A stretch of 29,163 nucleotides of DNA, taken from an uncultured Syntrophaceae bacterium (GTDB lineage Bacteria; Desulfobacterota; Syntrophia; Syntrophales; UBA2210). The position numbers and the translations under genes were made by a program. The stretch covers positions 1 through 29,163 of the forward strand of contig CAZOHQ010000001.1 in the NCBI GenBank assembly GCA_964579455.1, read 5' to 3'. Position 1 is the first letter of the stretch, and every line of letters starts with the position of its first letter. Below, piece after piece: positions 1-9,577 of the stretch. The notes beneath the pieces are model-generated. The model was not told the DNA's origin, ran no database searches, and saw only the letters and a program-made list of their open reading frames with translations.

Positions 1-567
1 GGTCATGGTCTTGTAGTAGTCGAAGCTCAGGATCGCCATGTCTCCCAATGTCCCCAGCTTCTTCCCCTGGTAGCTGCCGCCGCAGGCCTGCGCGTTGTCC
101 TCGAGGACGAGGAGATTGTGCTTTTTCGCCACCTCGATGATCTTATCAATGCGAGCGGCCGCCCCGCACATGTGGACGGGAATCACACACTTCGTGGAAG
201 GGGTTATCTTTGCCTCCATATCGTCGGGATCAAGGTTCAGTGAATCATCGATGTCCGTCATGATCGGGATGGCCCCCACCTCAAGCACCGACTCATAGGT
301 GGCGATAAAGTCGAACGCGGGGACGAGGACCTCGTCTCCCGGTCCCACATCCAGGGCGGTCAGGGCGACCTTCAGGGCCGCGGACCCGGATGTCACGCCC
401 AGGGCATAGCCGACACCCATGTACTTGGCGAATGCCTTTTCGAATTCCTTGACCTTGAAGACCCCTTTGCGCTCTGCATCAAATCCGTACCGCATGAAGA
501 CACCTGTCTCCAGTATATCCATTACTTCCTTTGCTTCTTCTTTTCCTATAAGTTCAGATCCAGCCAT
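1..567 (-). CDS. DegT/DnrJ/EryC1/StrS-family PLP aminotransferase, KdnA-like N-terminus (partial; 3' end runs off the window)
   Basis: Manual translation from ATG at 567 (GGAGG upstream): MAGSELIGKEEAKEVMDILETGVFMRYGFD...VTSGSAALKVAL...GPGDEVLVPAFDFIAT...IPVHMCG...LEDNAQACG...SFDYYKTMT. The frame is open to base 1. The SFxxxK PLP-lysine motif is present. Absent from the ORF track because it is truncated. Confidence 0.9.
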   Translation of the reverse strand, partial: MAGSELIGKEEAKEVMDILETGVFMRYGFDAERKGVFKVKEFEKAFAKYMGVGYALGVTSGSAALKVALTALDVGPGDEVLVPAFDFIATYESVLEVGAIPIMTDIDDSLNLDPDDMEAKITPSTKCVIPVHMCGAAARIDKIIEVAKKHNLLVLEDNAQACGGSYQGKKLGTLGDMAILSFDYYKTMT

Positions 568-590
568 TCTATTGCCTCCGTTTTTGTCTA

Positions 591-1748
591 TTAATACGCG
601 TCACTGTATATCTCTATGGCGTCTCCCGCCGTCACCCTGCGGGGGTTGTTTGCCAGTGGTCTGGCCACCGTCATGGCAGCCTCTGCCAGCTTCGGAAAGT
701 CTTCCTCCGGGATACCGAGCGTCTCCAAGGTGTCGTAGATGCCGCAATCATCGATCAGGTTCTCTACCGCACCAACGGCCAGACCCGCGGCCTCGTTCAG
801 AGAGAGGTCATCAATGGGTTCACCCATGACTTCGGCGATTATGGCGAACTTTTCCAGCGCCCCGGGCAGATTGAAGTTCATAACCGCCGGGAGAAGGAGT
901 GTATTCGCCAGACCATGGGGGATTCCGTACATGCCTCCAAGCGGGTAAGAGAGGGAATGTACGGCGGTAACCCCGGCATTTGCCAGGCCCAACCCGGCGT
1001 ACAGGCTTCCCAGGAGCATCTGCCCCCGTGCTTCCAGATCGGTACCGTTGTGGACGCAGGTCCGCAGGCTCTCGGAGATCAGGGCTATCGCCTCCAGCGA
1101 CACCATCTCACTCATGGGGCTTGCCGTGATCGATGTATATGATTCTATGGCATGGCACAGAGCGTCGACGCCGGTGGTCGCGGTGACCTTTGATGGAATG
1201 CTCAGGGTCAGTTCGGGGTCGAGAAGGGCGATATCGGGATAGAGGTAGGGACTGTTCATCCCCTCCTTCTTGTTCAGATCCTTTCGAATGAAGACGGAGG
1301 TGAAGGTCACTTCACTCCCCGTTCCGGCAGTTGTCGGAATCATGATGGTAGGAAGTCCCGGTCCCGGAACCTTGTTCAGCCCCAGGTAGTCTTCGGCCTT
1401 TCCCTTGTTAGCGGTTATCACGGCCACGGCCTTTGCCATGTCCATGGTGCTCCCACCACCGATTCCCACGACTATGTCACATTTCCCATCCGCGGCTGCC
1501 TTGGCACCTTCATCGGCCAGTTCCAGAGGGGGTTCCCCCTCCACCTTGTCAAAGATGACGATGTCCATGCCGGCTTTTTTGAAATAGTCGGACACCTTGT
1601 CTTTGAGCCCTGAGAGGGAGAGGTTGTTGTCGAGGACTATCAGCGGCTTATTGCCGCCAAGAGCCCCTATATGTTCGCCCAATTGCTCAAATGACCCGTT
1701 CCCAAAAACTATCTTTCCCGCACCGGTAAAAGAAAATATCGTATTCAT
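591..1748 (-). CDS. Iron-containing alcohol dehydrogenase family protein
   Basis: GGGSTMD, PTTAGTGSE, and metal ligands in DALCHAIE, AVHSLSY and HGLAN. Start placed at ATG 1748 (MNTIF), with AAAGGA upstream. Confidence 0.92.
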   Translation of the reverse strand: MNTIFSFTGAGKIVFGNGSFEQLGEHIGALGGNKPLIVLDNNLSLSGLKDKVSDYFKKAGMDIVIFDKVEGEPPLELADEGAKAAADGKCDIVVGIGGGSTMDMAKAVAVITANKGKAEDYLGLNKVPGPGLPTIMIPTTAGTGSEVTFTSVFIRKDLNKKEGMNSPYLYPDIALLDPELTLSIPSKVTATTGVDALCHAIESYTSITASPMSEMVSLEAIALISESLRTCVHNGTDLEARGQMLLGSLYAGLGLANAGVTAVHSLSYPLGGMYGIPHGLANTLLLPAVMNFNLPGALEKFAIIAEVMGEPIDDLSLNEAAGLAVGAVENLIDDCGIYDTLETLGIPEEDFPKLAEAAMTVARPLANNPRRVTAGDAIEIYSDAY

Positions 1749-1809
1749 ATCGAATCCTTTCAAATTCTCTGTTTTTGTAAATCCGCGAGACGGTTATGAC
1801 CGTCCCCCA

Positions 1810-2643
1810 TTATATTGTTATTCTGCCCTCATAGACAAACTCGACCTTTCCTTTGAGCCATACTTCCTCAAAGGAATTGCCCTTGTTTTTGAAATCAACG
1901 GTGAGGGTTCCGCCGGGCACCTCAACCTGGATCGGAGGTTCTCCCACTCCCATAAACCTGCTGCTGATAATGGCCGATGCCACCGCCCCTGTTCCGCACG
2001 CCAGGGTTTCTTCCTCAACACCCCGTTCGTAGGTACGCACACGTATACGGCCCGGTTCGATAATCTCCACAAAATCGACATTTGTTCCCGCAGGTTCAAA
2101 TGCCTGGTGGAACCTGACCACGCGCCCTGTCTTTGCCACTTCATCCGCCGGCATTTCTGCAACTCCGTCTCTGAATATGATGGTATGCGGGACCCCCGAA
2201 TTTGTGAAATAATAAGGAGTACGCATCCCGTCTATGTCCAAAAATTCTTTATCTTCCGGAGAAGAGGGGTCTGTAAGCTGGATGGCAACCACTTCGTCTT
2301 TTACGAAGGCACCGACCATCCCCGCCATCGTCTCCATACCCATCCGAGATTTCGCAAAACCCCTTTTTACGGCAAATGCGGCTGCGCATCGCGCGCCGTT
2401 GCCGCACATCTCCGCTTCGCTTCCATCAGCCTGGAATATCCTCAGCCTGAAATCGCCAACCGCGCACGCATCGATTATGAGAAGACCGTCAGCACCGACA
2501 GATGTGCGGCGCCTGCACCACACAGAGGCTCGTTCGCTCCAGTTTGTGATGATATCCTCAGAGCGGTTATCTATGATGATAAAATCATTTCCATGGCCGG
2601 ACATTTTTGAAAATTCAATGAATCTGTTTCTCTTTTCAGTCAA
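1810..2643 (-). CDS. dapF: Diaminopimelate epimerase
   Basis: GHGNDF, MCGNGARC, GTNVDFV and ERGVEEETLACGTGAVA (both catalytic Cys present). TTG start at 2643 follows an AGGAGGTG RBS; the longer ORF-track N-terminus is judged spurious. Confidence 0.95.
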   Translation of the reverse strand: MTEKRNRFIEFSKMSGHGNDFIIIDNRSEDIITNWSERASVWCRRRTSVGADGLLIIDACAVGDFRLRIFQADGSEAEMCGNGARCAAAFAVKRGFAKSRMGMETMAGMVGAFVKDEVVAIQLTDPSSPEDKEFLDIDGMRTPYYFTNSGVPHTIIFRDGVAEMPADEVAKTGRVVRFHQAFEPAGTNVDFVEIIEPGRIRVRTYERGVEEETLACGTGAVASAIISSRFMGVGEPPIQVEVPGGTLTVDFKNKGNSFEEVWLKGKVEFVYEGRITI

Positions 2644-2954
2644 ATCTGATTCACCTCCTGAAAGAAGGGGGTAGTATGGCAGGATTAATTGCAGATTTAA
2701 AGTACTTTTTTTATACAGTAGAAAACATTTCTGAGGATTGACAGTCCCTCTCTGCCTTCGAGAAGACCCTCGCCTGTCCAGCCTGGTATGTCTCAAACCG
2801 TATATGCCGGGGGATGTCTTTATATCAACGTGAGCATGTACTTATTGCTATTTTCACATCATGTATATTCTGAGCATCAAGCTTGATCGTAAAGATTTTT
2901 GACGTTTTTACGTCAGAAACACGGAAAACACGAGGAGATCGAGTGCCTGCTTTC

Positions 2955-2998
2955 GCACATATCCGTAGATATCACCATGCAATCCTACGAAAATGTCG
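2955..2998. promoter_or_regulatory. Tandem putative enhancer (UAS) sites for a sigma54 activator
   Basis: GCACA-TATC-CGTAG (2955-2968) and CTACG-AAAA-TGTCG (2985-2998), 30 bp apart and ~90-135 bp upstream of the -24 element at 3089. Same motif and spacing at 17973/18003 and 19701/19731. Confidence 0.7.
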
Positions 2999-3087
2999 AT
3001 TATGGCAACGCCATAGTTAATTAAAGCTTGTGTTATTTAGACAATAATTACCGTTAGATCGGCATTATTTCTTTGCGGTGGTGTATA

Positions 3088-3102
3088 TGGCACCATAATT
3101 GC
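3088..3102 (+). promoter_or_regulatory. sigma54 (-24/-12) promoter
   Basis: TGGCAC-CATAA-TTGC, a consensus match with GG-N10-GC spacing. Confidence 0.85.
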
Positions 3103-3174
3103 GGTAGTGGTGCGAAAGGGCTTCTGCGCCCACGGGCCAATAGATCCGAATAATACAAGGTGAATGATACAAAT

Positions 3175-3591
3175 ATGAAACTGACTTCGAAGGGGGACAA
3201 GCCCATTGTTCTTTCCAGGATGCCTGTATATTGTAATGACCGCATTCTGATAGACGACAGTGAGTGGAAAACTGCTTTAGACTGGCAAAGCATCCATCGA
3301 GGTGATATAATTTTTGGTTCGTTCGATAAAAATCGAACGGTCTGCGGGCAATAATGCATATGTCAGTTTGATGATATGTAATGCGGCCGAAAGCTCTGTT
3401 AAGATCTGCGGATGCCGGGTCGGTTATGACGTTGGATATAGAGAGGTTATCTCTTCCCACCCAAAGGTAAAACCGAATCTGAATGCGGAAATCAGGGTGA
3501 GGGTTTCGTGAGAATGAGCCTGGCCGCGCCGGATGAGATGCCTGAAGAAGCAATTCAAAGCTTGAAAGATGTAATTAAAGACTGGTCTTAA
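3175..3591 (+). pseudogene. Degraded class I/II PLP aminotransferase remnant (LL-diaminopimelate aminotransferase DapL-like)
   Basis: Fragments in different frames. GCRVGYDVGYREVISSHPKVKPNL (from 3410) resembles DapL-type GWRxGFAVGNxEVIxxLGKVKSNxD. GNQGEGFVRMSLAAPDEMPEEAIQSLKDVIKDWS* (3487-3591) resembles the C-terminal GEGYxRxSL...EAxxR motif. About 420 bp versus ~1.2 kb for a full gene; PLP-lysine motif not found. The 5' boundary is uncertain. Confidence 0.55.
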
Positions 3592-3605
3592 AAAGGAGTC
3601 ATCTC

Positions 3606-5048
3606 GTGCAGTGTGATGGCAGTATTATAGAAGAATTGGAAGATCATCCCCGTGAATTTTGCGGTGTCTTCGGGATCTTTGGGGATCCCGATGCCGCGGA
3701 AAAAACCTACCTGGGACTGTACGCACTTCAGCATCGAGGACAGGAGAGCGCGGGAATCGCGGCGTCGGATGGGAAACAGATATCGCTCCACAGGGGAATG
3801 GGCCTTGTCTGGTCGGTTTTCCAGGATCCCAATATCATGCCGACACTTCGCGGTGCGTCTGCCATCGGGCACAATCGATACTCGACAACGGGCTCCTCGG
3901 ATCTTATGAATGCGCAACCTATTCTCATACGTTCCAGGGGCGAACAGATTGCCGCCGCCCACAACGGGAACCTGGTCAATTCCCGGGAACTTCACACCAT
4001 GCTTGAGGAACAGGGGGCAATATTTCAGACCACATCGGATAGCGAGATAGCCCTTCATCTCATTGCGAGATCGAAGAAGGCGACTATCGAGGAAAAGATC
4101 GAGGACGCCCTCTCACAACTGGAGGGTGCATACTGCTTCATCTTTCTTACCAATTCAAAATTAATCGCCGTACGGGACCCTCGGGGCTTCAGGCCGCTCT
4201 GTATCGGTAAGTTAGAAAATGCTTACGTTGTCGCCTCCGAATCATGTGCCTGCGATATCATAGGTGCCGAATACATTCGAAGCGTCGAGCCGGGAGAGAT
4301 CGTCGTCATCGATGAAAGCGGCATCTCTTCACGTTTCCTTAAAACAAAACCCAAACAATCTTCTTGTGTTTTTGAATATATATACTTTTCACGGCCCGAC
4401 AGTATCATCTTTGGCGAGAAGGTGGATAAGGCGAGGCGTATGCTGGGTAAAAGACTGGCCCAAGAGTCTCCCTGTGAAGCCGATATCGTAATCCCCATTC
4501 CCGATTCGGCCAATACCGCCGCCCTCGGGTATGCACAAGAATCGGGATTGCGCTTTGAAATCGGGCTGATACGAAACCACTACGTAGGTCGTACCTTTAT
4601 CGCACCCCACCAGAAGGCGAGAGATATGGACGTCAAGGTGAAATTTAATCCCGTGACCGGTGTATTGAAAGGGAAACGAGTTGTGGTAATAGAGGATTCC
4701 ATCGTTCGCGGTACCACCTTGAAGCAACTGATTCATCTCATCAGAAGTGCGGGTGCCGTGAAGGTTCATGTGCGTGTAAGTTCTCCGCCGATCATTTCTC
4801 CCTGCTTTTACGGGATTGACATATCGAGCCGTGGTGAGCTTATCGCTTCTTCTCACTGCGTGGAAGAAACGTGCCGCTATCTCGAGGCCGATTCCCTTGC
4901 CTATCTCTCGGTTGAAGGAATGCTGAGTGCCGTTCCCGAGGGAGAGCTTCAATGTACCGCATGCTTCACGGGAGAGTATCCGACAGAGGTTCCTCAAAAC
5001 TTCAGCAAGGATCTCTTCTCCGCTGATTGCGGGGAGATAGAAAAATAA
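3606..5048 (+). CDS. purF: Amidophosphoribosyltransferase (propeptide-bearing, Fe-S type)
   Basis: GTG start after AAGGAG; 18-aa propeptide then CGVFG; LQHRGQESAG, GHNRYST, AHNGNLVN, CVFEYIYFSRPDS, DSIVRGTT, SPCFYGID, CTACFTGEYP. Confidence 0.97.
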   Translation: MQCDGSIIEELEDHPREFCGVFGIFGDPDAAEKTYLGLYALQHRGQESAGIAASDGKQISLHRGMGLVWSVFQDPNIMPTLRGASAIGHNRYSTTGSSDLMNAQPILIRSRGEQIAAAHNGNLVNSRELHTMLEEQGAIFQTTSDSEIALHLIARSKKATIEEKIEDALSQLEGAYCFIFLTNSKLIAVRDPRGFRPLCIGKLENAYVVASESCACDIIGAEYIRSVEPGEIVVIDESGISSRFLKTKPKQSSCVFEYIYFSRPDSIIFGEKVDKARRMLGKRLAQESPCEADIVIPIPDSANTAALGYAQESGLRFEIGLIRNHYVGRTFIAPHQKARDMDVKVKFNPVTGVLKGKRVVVIEDSIVRGTTLKQLIHLIRSAGAVKVHVRVSSPPIISPCFYGIDISSRGELIASSHCVEETCRYLEADSLAYLSVEGMLSAVPEGELQCTACFTGEYPTEVPQNFSKDLFSADCGEIEK

Positions 5049-5068
5049 TTATTGATGGAAAAAGTATT

Positions 5069-6913
5069 ATGACAGTCGTAAAGCGTTCATACTGCGGGAA
5101 GCTGAGGCTTACCGATAAAGGCACTGAGGTACATCTGAAGGGATGGGTGGATGCCTTAAGGGATCATGGAGAGGTTCTTTTTATACATCTCCGAGACAGA
5201 AGCGGTATCGTGCAGGTAGTATTCAATCCCGAAGACACCCCTGCGAAGACATGCAGACAGGCCCAGTCGCTGAGAAGTGAATTCTGTATTTCAGTGAGAG
5301 GCTTTGTGAAAAAAAGGAATAAGGGAACGGAAAACCCGAATATCGAGACGGGCAAGATCGAGGTGGTTGTCTCTGATCTGGAAATTCTTAACCAATCCAA
5401 GCCACTGCCCTTTCCTATTTCGGAAAAGGCAATGGTCGCCGGTGCTGCCGTCGGGGATATCGGTTCGATAGCTGAAGATACGCGGCTACAATATCGCTAC
5501 CTCGACCTGAGACGCCCTACCATGCAGCGCAATCTCGTTATGAGGCACCGCATCACCAAATGTGTCCGCGATTATCTGGATGAGCATAGTTTTGTTGAAG
5601 TGGAAACGCCGATGCTGACAAAGAGTACTCCGGAAGGTGCCCGCGATTATCTTGTTCCCAGCCGCATCCACCCGAAACGATTTTATGCGCTCCCCCAGTC
5701 TCCCCAGCTTTTCAAACAGCTTCTCATGGTAAGCGGTATTGAACGTTATTTTCAGATCGCACGGTGCTTTCGTGATGAGGATCTGAGACCGAACAGACAG
5801 CCTGAATTCACCCAGCTTGACCTTGAGGCATCCTTCATCGAGGAGGAAACTATATATAACCTGATGGAAGAGCTTGTGGTGCGCATGTTTGCCGTGGGTG
5901 GCATTACCATCACCCTTCCCTTTCCACGAATGACCTGGGATGAAGCCATGGATTCGATGGGAACGGACCGGCCCGATGCCCGCTTTGGTCTCCGCTTTAC
6001 TGATGCCACCGATATCTTCAAAGATACCTCCTACGGCATATTCAGTCGAATAGTGCAAAAGGGCGGTTTTATAAAGGGGATTAACGTCAAGGGGCAGTCT
6101 GACAAGCTGAGCAAAAATGTCCTGCAGAATGAGTATGCGGGCAAGATCGTTCCCTCCTTCGGTGCAAAGGGTATGACCTGGATGCGGGCTATAGGGGAAA
6201 CACTGGAATCCAATATCGTTCAGTTTTTCAGCGAGGAAGAGAAGAAAAACATCAGAGAGCGTTTCAATGCCGAAGAAGGTGATGTTATCATACTCATCGC
6301 CGATACCTCTTACAAGGTTGTTTCATCGGTCCTGGGACAGTTGAGGATGCATCTGGCTCATCGGCTTGACTTAATTCCGAAAGATGAAGTATGTCCATTA
6401 TGGATCACGGAATTTCCGCTTTTTACTACGACAGGAAGAAGAATAACATCGAATCACCACCCCTTTACCGCACCGGACAGTTCCGATTTCGATCCGAATA
6501 ATCGAGAGGAACTCCTTGCCCTTAAGTCACGTGCCTATGATCTGGTTGTCAACGGCGAGGAACTCGGGGGTGGAAGCATTCGAATACATGACAGTTCCCT
6601 TCAGCAGAAAATATTTCAGGCCCTCGGTTTGTCCGATCGTGAGGTGAAGAAAAAGTTCGGATTTTTCCTGAAGGCCCTTGATTACGGAGCTCCGCCTCAC
6701 GGAGGCATCGCCCTCGGCATGGACAGGGTTATTTCCATGATACTGGGAACGGAAACCATTCGTGAAGTCATCGCCTTCCCGAAGAACCGAAGTGCCCATT
6801 GCCCCCTCAGTGAAGCGCCTTCTTCCGTCGCGCGCAAACAGCTATCCGACCTGGGTCTGCTCGATCTCGATAGCGGCAAATGGGTTGAGGGGAAAAAAAT
6901 TATAACGGGTTAG
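5069..6913 (+). CDS. aspS: Aspartate--tRNA(Asp/Asn) ligase, non-discriminating type
   Basis: OB-fold (GWV..LRDHG..FIHLRD), RYRYLDLRR-like motif, STPEGARDY, PQSPQLFKQ, FRDEDLR, GAPPHGG. His in RDHG and Gly in KGTENP are the non-discriminating signatures. Start ATG 5069. Confidence 0.95.
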   Translation: MTVVKRSYCGKLRLTDKGTEVHLKGWVDALRDHGEVLFIHLRDRSGIVQVVFNPEDTPAKTCRQAQSLRSEFCISVRGFVKKRNKGTENPNIETGKIEVVVSDLEILNQSKPLPFPISEKAMVAGAAVGDIGSIAEDTRLQYRYLDLRRPTMQRNLVMRHRITKCVRDYLDEHSFVEVETPMLTKSTPEGARDYLVPSRIHPKRFYALPQSPQLFKQLLMVSGIERYFQIARCFRDEDLRPNRQPEFTQLDLEASFIEEETIYNLMEELVVRMFAVGGITITLPFPRMTWDEAMDSMGTDRPDARFGLRFTDATDIFKDTSYGIFSRIVQKGGFIKGINVKGQSDKLSKNVLQNEYAGKIVPSFGAKGMTWMRAIGETLESNIVQFFSEEEKKNIRERFNAEEGDVIILIADTSYKVVSSVLGQLRMHLAHRLDLIPKDEVCPLWITEFPLFTTTGRRITSNHHPFTAPDSSDFDPNNREELLALKSRAYDLVVNGEELGGGSIRIHDSSLQQKIFQALGLSDREVKKKFGFFLKALDYGAPPHGGIALGMDRVISMILGTETIREVIAFPKNRSAHCPLSEAPSSVARKQLSDLGLLDLDSGKWVEGKKIITG

Positions 6914-6926
6914 GATCTGGTCCTGA

Positions 6927-8018
6927 ATGATGAAAGCATTACTTGTATTGGAAGATGGAAGATTTTTTGAGGGAACATCCTTTGGCGCCTCCGGGGAACG
7001 CTTCGGCGAGGTGGTGTTCAACACGGGGATGACGGGCTATCAGGAAGTCCTGACAGATCCGTCCTATAAAGGTCAGATCGTCGTAATGACCTGTCCCCTT
7101 ATCGGAAATTACGGAATCAATGAAGAGGATTCGGAATCACGATCCCTCTGGCTCGAAGGTTTCGTCATCAGGGAGCTGAGCGGCATAACCAGCAACTGGC
7201 GATCGCAAAAGGACCTTGCCACCTACCTCGAAGAACACAATATCATAGGCATCCAGGGTATCGATACCCGCGCACTGACAAAACACATCAGAACCAGGGG
7301 TGCCATGAGGGCCGTTATATCCACCGCCGACGATAACATCGATTCTCTCGTTGAAAAGGCATGCGCATCGCCCGGACTTGAGGGGATAGACCTCGTGGCG
7401 AGCGTGACCTGTGAAAAACCCTCTGTGTTGAACGGACAGGACGGACCGCGGGTCGTTGTCATGGATTTCGGCGTCAAACAGAGCATTTTGAATCAGCTCC
7501 GGAATGAGGGCTGCAATGTGACCGTTCTTCCCGCCCATACCTCGATTGATGAGATTATGGAGAGGGAGCCCGGCGGCATACTTCTCTCAAACGGTCCTGG
7601 AGATCCCGATGCCGTGAAATATGCGGTAGCCACGACAAAGAGACTTCTCGAGATGGGAACGATTCCGATCTTCGGTATCTGCCTGGGTCAACAGATTCTG
7701 GGCCTGGCACTGGGGGGGAGGACATATAAACTAAAATTCGGACATCACGGATCAAACCAGCCTGTCAAGGACCTGAAAACGGGGAAAATCGATATTACCG
7801 TTCAAAACCACGGGTTTTGTGTCGATATCGATTCTCTTGACAAAAAATTGATAGAGATGACCCATATTAACCTCAACGATAATACACTGGAAGGCTTTGA
7901 GCATAAAGAATTGCCTGCATTTTCAGTTCAGTTTCATCCGGAGGCTGGTCCCGGTCCTCATGATGCGCGATATCTGTTCCACCGGTTTGTCGAAATGATA
8001 ACAAGTTATGAAAAGTAG
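6927..8018 (+). CDS. carA: Carbamoyl-phosphate synthase small (glutaminase) subunit
   Basis: GEVVFNTGMTGYQE, LSNGPGDP, GICLGQQ (catalytic Cys), QNHGF, QFHPEA. Start may be 6927 or 6930. Confidence 0.97.
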   Translation: MMKALLVLEDGRFFEGTSFGASGERFGEVVFNTGMTGYQEVLTDPSYKGQIVVMTCPLIGNYGINEEDSESRSLWLEGFVIRELSGITSNWRSQKDLATYLEEHNIIGIQGIDTRALTKHIRTRGAMRAVISTADDNIDSLVEKACASPGLEGIDLVASVTCEKPSVLNGQDGPRVVVMDFGVKQSILNQLRNEGCNVTVLPAHTSIDEIMEREPGGILLSNGPGDPDAVKYAVATTKRLLEMGTIPIFGICLGQQILGLALGGRTYKLKFGHHGSNQPVKDLKTGKIDITVQNHGFCVDIDSLDKKLIEMTHINLNDNTLEGFEHKELPAFSVQFHPEAGPGPHDARYLFHRFVEMITSYEK

Positions 8019-8029
8019 GAGTGTGAGAA

Positions 8030-9568
8030 GTGAAAGAGACAGTTGCCGTATTTGATTTCGGATCACAGTACTCCCAGCTCATCGCCCGACGTATCAGGGA
8101 GATGGGTGTCTACTGTGAGATTGTCAGGCATGATATATCGAAAGATAAGCTGGCAGAGCTTGCTCCTGTAGCAGTGGTTCTTTCGGGAGGCCCCGCCTCA
8201 GTTCTCGACCCGGATTCGCCCTCCATGGACCGTGAGATACTCTCTCTCGATATACCCATACTGGGCATATGCTACGGTATGCAACTCATGGCACAGCTTC
8301 TCGGTGGTGTGGTGGAAAAGGGGAGGGGCGGAGAATACGGTCCCGCCTTGATTGAGACCTCAGGATCGACGGGTATATTTCAGGGAATGGAATCTCCTCT
8401 CCATGTCTGGATGAGTCATGGGGATCATGTAGAGACAGTTCCCGAAGGCTTTCTCGTGCTGGCGAGCACACATGATTGCCCGATCGCAGCTATGATGGAT
8501 ACAGCAGGGAGAATGTTTGGCATTCAGTTCCATCCCGAAGTGGTTCACACACCGAAGGGGGTCGAAATTATCAGAAACTTTCTCTTTCATGTGGCGGGAT
8601 GTGCGGGCGATTGGACCATGGGTCGATTCGCCGAAGAATCGGTGAAAAAAATCAGGGATACCGTGGGCGATTCCAATGTAATCTGCGGCCTTTCGGGCGG
8701 TGTCGATTCATCCGTTGCTGCCGCACTCATAAACAGGGCGATAGGTGGCCAGATGAAGGCCATCTTTGTGGATAACGGTCTCCTGCGGAAAGGGGAAGTG
8801 GATGAAATCCGCACCCTCTTTACCGAAGATTATAAGCTCAACTTCCGCATTGCTGACGCAAGGGTGAGGTTTGTCGATGCGCTGAGAGGGGTGATTGATC
8901 CCGAAAGAAAGAGGAAGATCATCGGCGAGACCTTTATCGATGTCTTTAGAGACGAGGCAGCGGGTGTCGAATCCGCCCGGTTTCTTGCCCAGGGAACGCT
9001 CTATCCCGACGTGGTGGAAAGCCAATCGGCCCATGGCGGACCCTCTTCAATGATCAAGAGTCATCATAATGTTGGAGGCCTGCCCGCTGATCTCCCTTTT
9101 GAACTCCTGGAACCGCTCAGGGAGCTATTTAAAGATGAGGTACGGGTGCTTGGGAGAGAGTTGGGATTACCGGAAAGGCTCCTGATGAGACAACCCTTTC
9201 CGGGTCCGGGCCTGGGTGTACGCATCGTAGGTGAGGTGACTGAAGAGTCCCTTGCCATACTTCGAGATGCCGATGTAATTGTTCAGGAAGAGTTGAAGGC
9301 CTATGAGGGATATGGAGATATCTGGCAGTCCTTTGCCGTTCTCCTCCCCGTTAAAAGTGTGGGTGTGATGGGTGATGAGCGGACCTATGACAACGTGGTG
9401 GCCCTGAGAATTGTCACAAGTCTTGATGCGATGACGGCCGACTGGGTCAAACTTCCCTATGAAATTCTGGGAAAGATATCTTCGAGGATCATTAACGAGG
9501 TAACGGGCGTGAATCGTGTCGTCTATGACATAAGTTCAAAACCGCCCAGCACCATCGAGTGGGAATAG
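8030..9568 (+). CDS. guaA: GMP synthase (glutamine-hydrolysing)
   Basis: DFGSQYSQLIARR, GICYGMQ, WMSHGD, QFHPEV, LSGGVDS, IKSHHNVGG, PFPGPGL, SKPPSTIEWE; GTG start after AGGAG. Confidence 0.97.
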   Translation: MKETVAVFDFGSQYSQLIARRIREMGVYCEIVRHDISKDKLAELAPVAVVLSGGPASVLDPDSPSMDREILSLDIPILGICYGMQLMAQLLGGVVEKGRGGEYGPALIETSGSTGIFQGMESPLHVWMSHGDHVETVPEGFLVLASTHDCPIAAMMDTAGRMFGIQFHPEVVHTPKGVEIIRNFLFHVAGCAGDWTMGRFAEESVKKIRDTVGDSNVICGLSGGVDSSVAAALINRAIGGQMKAIFVDNGLLRKGEVDEIRTLFTEDYKLNFRIADARVRFVDALRGVIDPERKRKIIGETFIDVFRDEAAGVESARFLAQGTLYPDVVESQSAHGGPSSMIKSHHNVGGLPADLPFELLEPLRELFKDEVRVLGRELGLPERLLMRQPFPGPGLGVRIVGEVTEESLAILRDADVIVQEELKAYEGYGDIWQSFAVLLPVKSVGVMGDERTYDNVVALRIVTSLDAMTADWVKLPYEILGKISSRIINEVTGVNRVVYDISSKPPSTIEWE

Positions 9569-9577
9569 TTACCGTTT

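Noticed and set aside
2677-2692. sigma54-like TGGCAG-GATTAA-TTGC
   Set aside because: GG-to-GC spacing is 11 rather than 10 nt, and it points away from dapF.
3001-3015. Palindrome TATGGC-AAC-GCCATA between the UAS pair and the promoter
   Set aside because: Single occurrence, not repeated at the other two promoters; no function can be supported.
4690-4720. PurF PRPP loop reads IEDSIVRGTT rather than VDDSIVRGTT
   Set aside because: Conservative acidic substitution; ED also occurs in other PRTases.
1-6913. Possible GC shift marking an island boundary near 1750
   Set aside because: Spot counts of 60-nt lines vary from 47% to 67% on both sides, and carB reaches ~60%. No integrase, tRNA or direct repeats were seen; a codon-usage computation would be needed.
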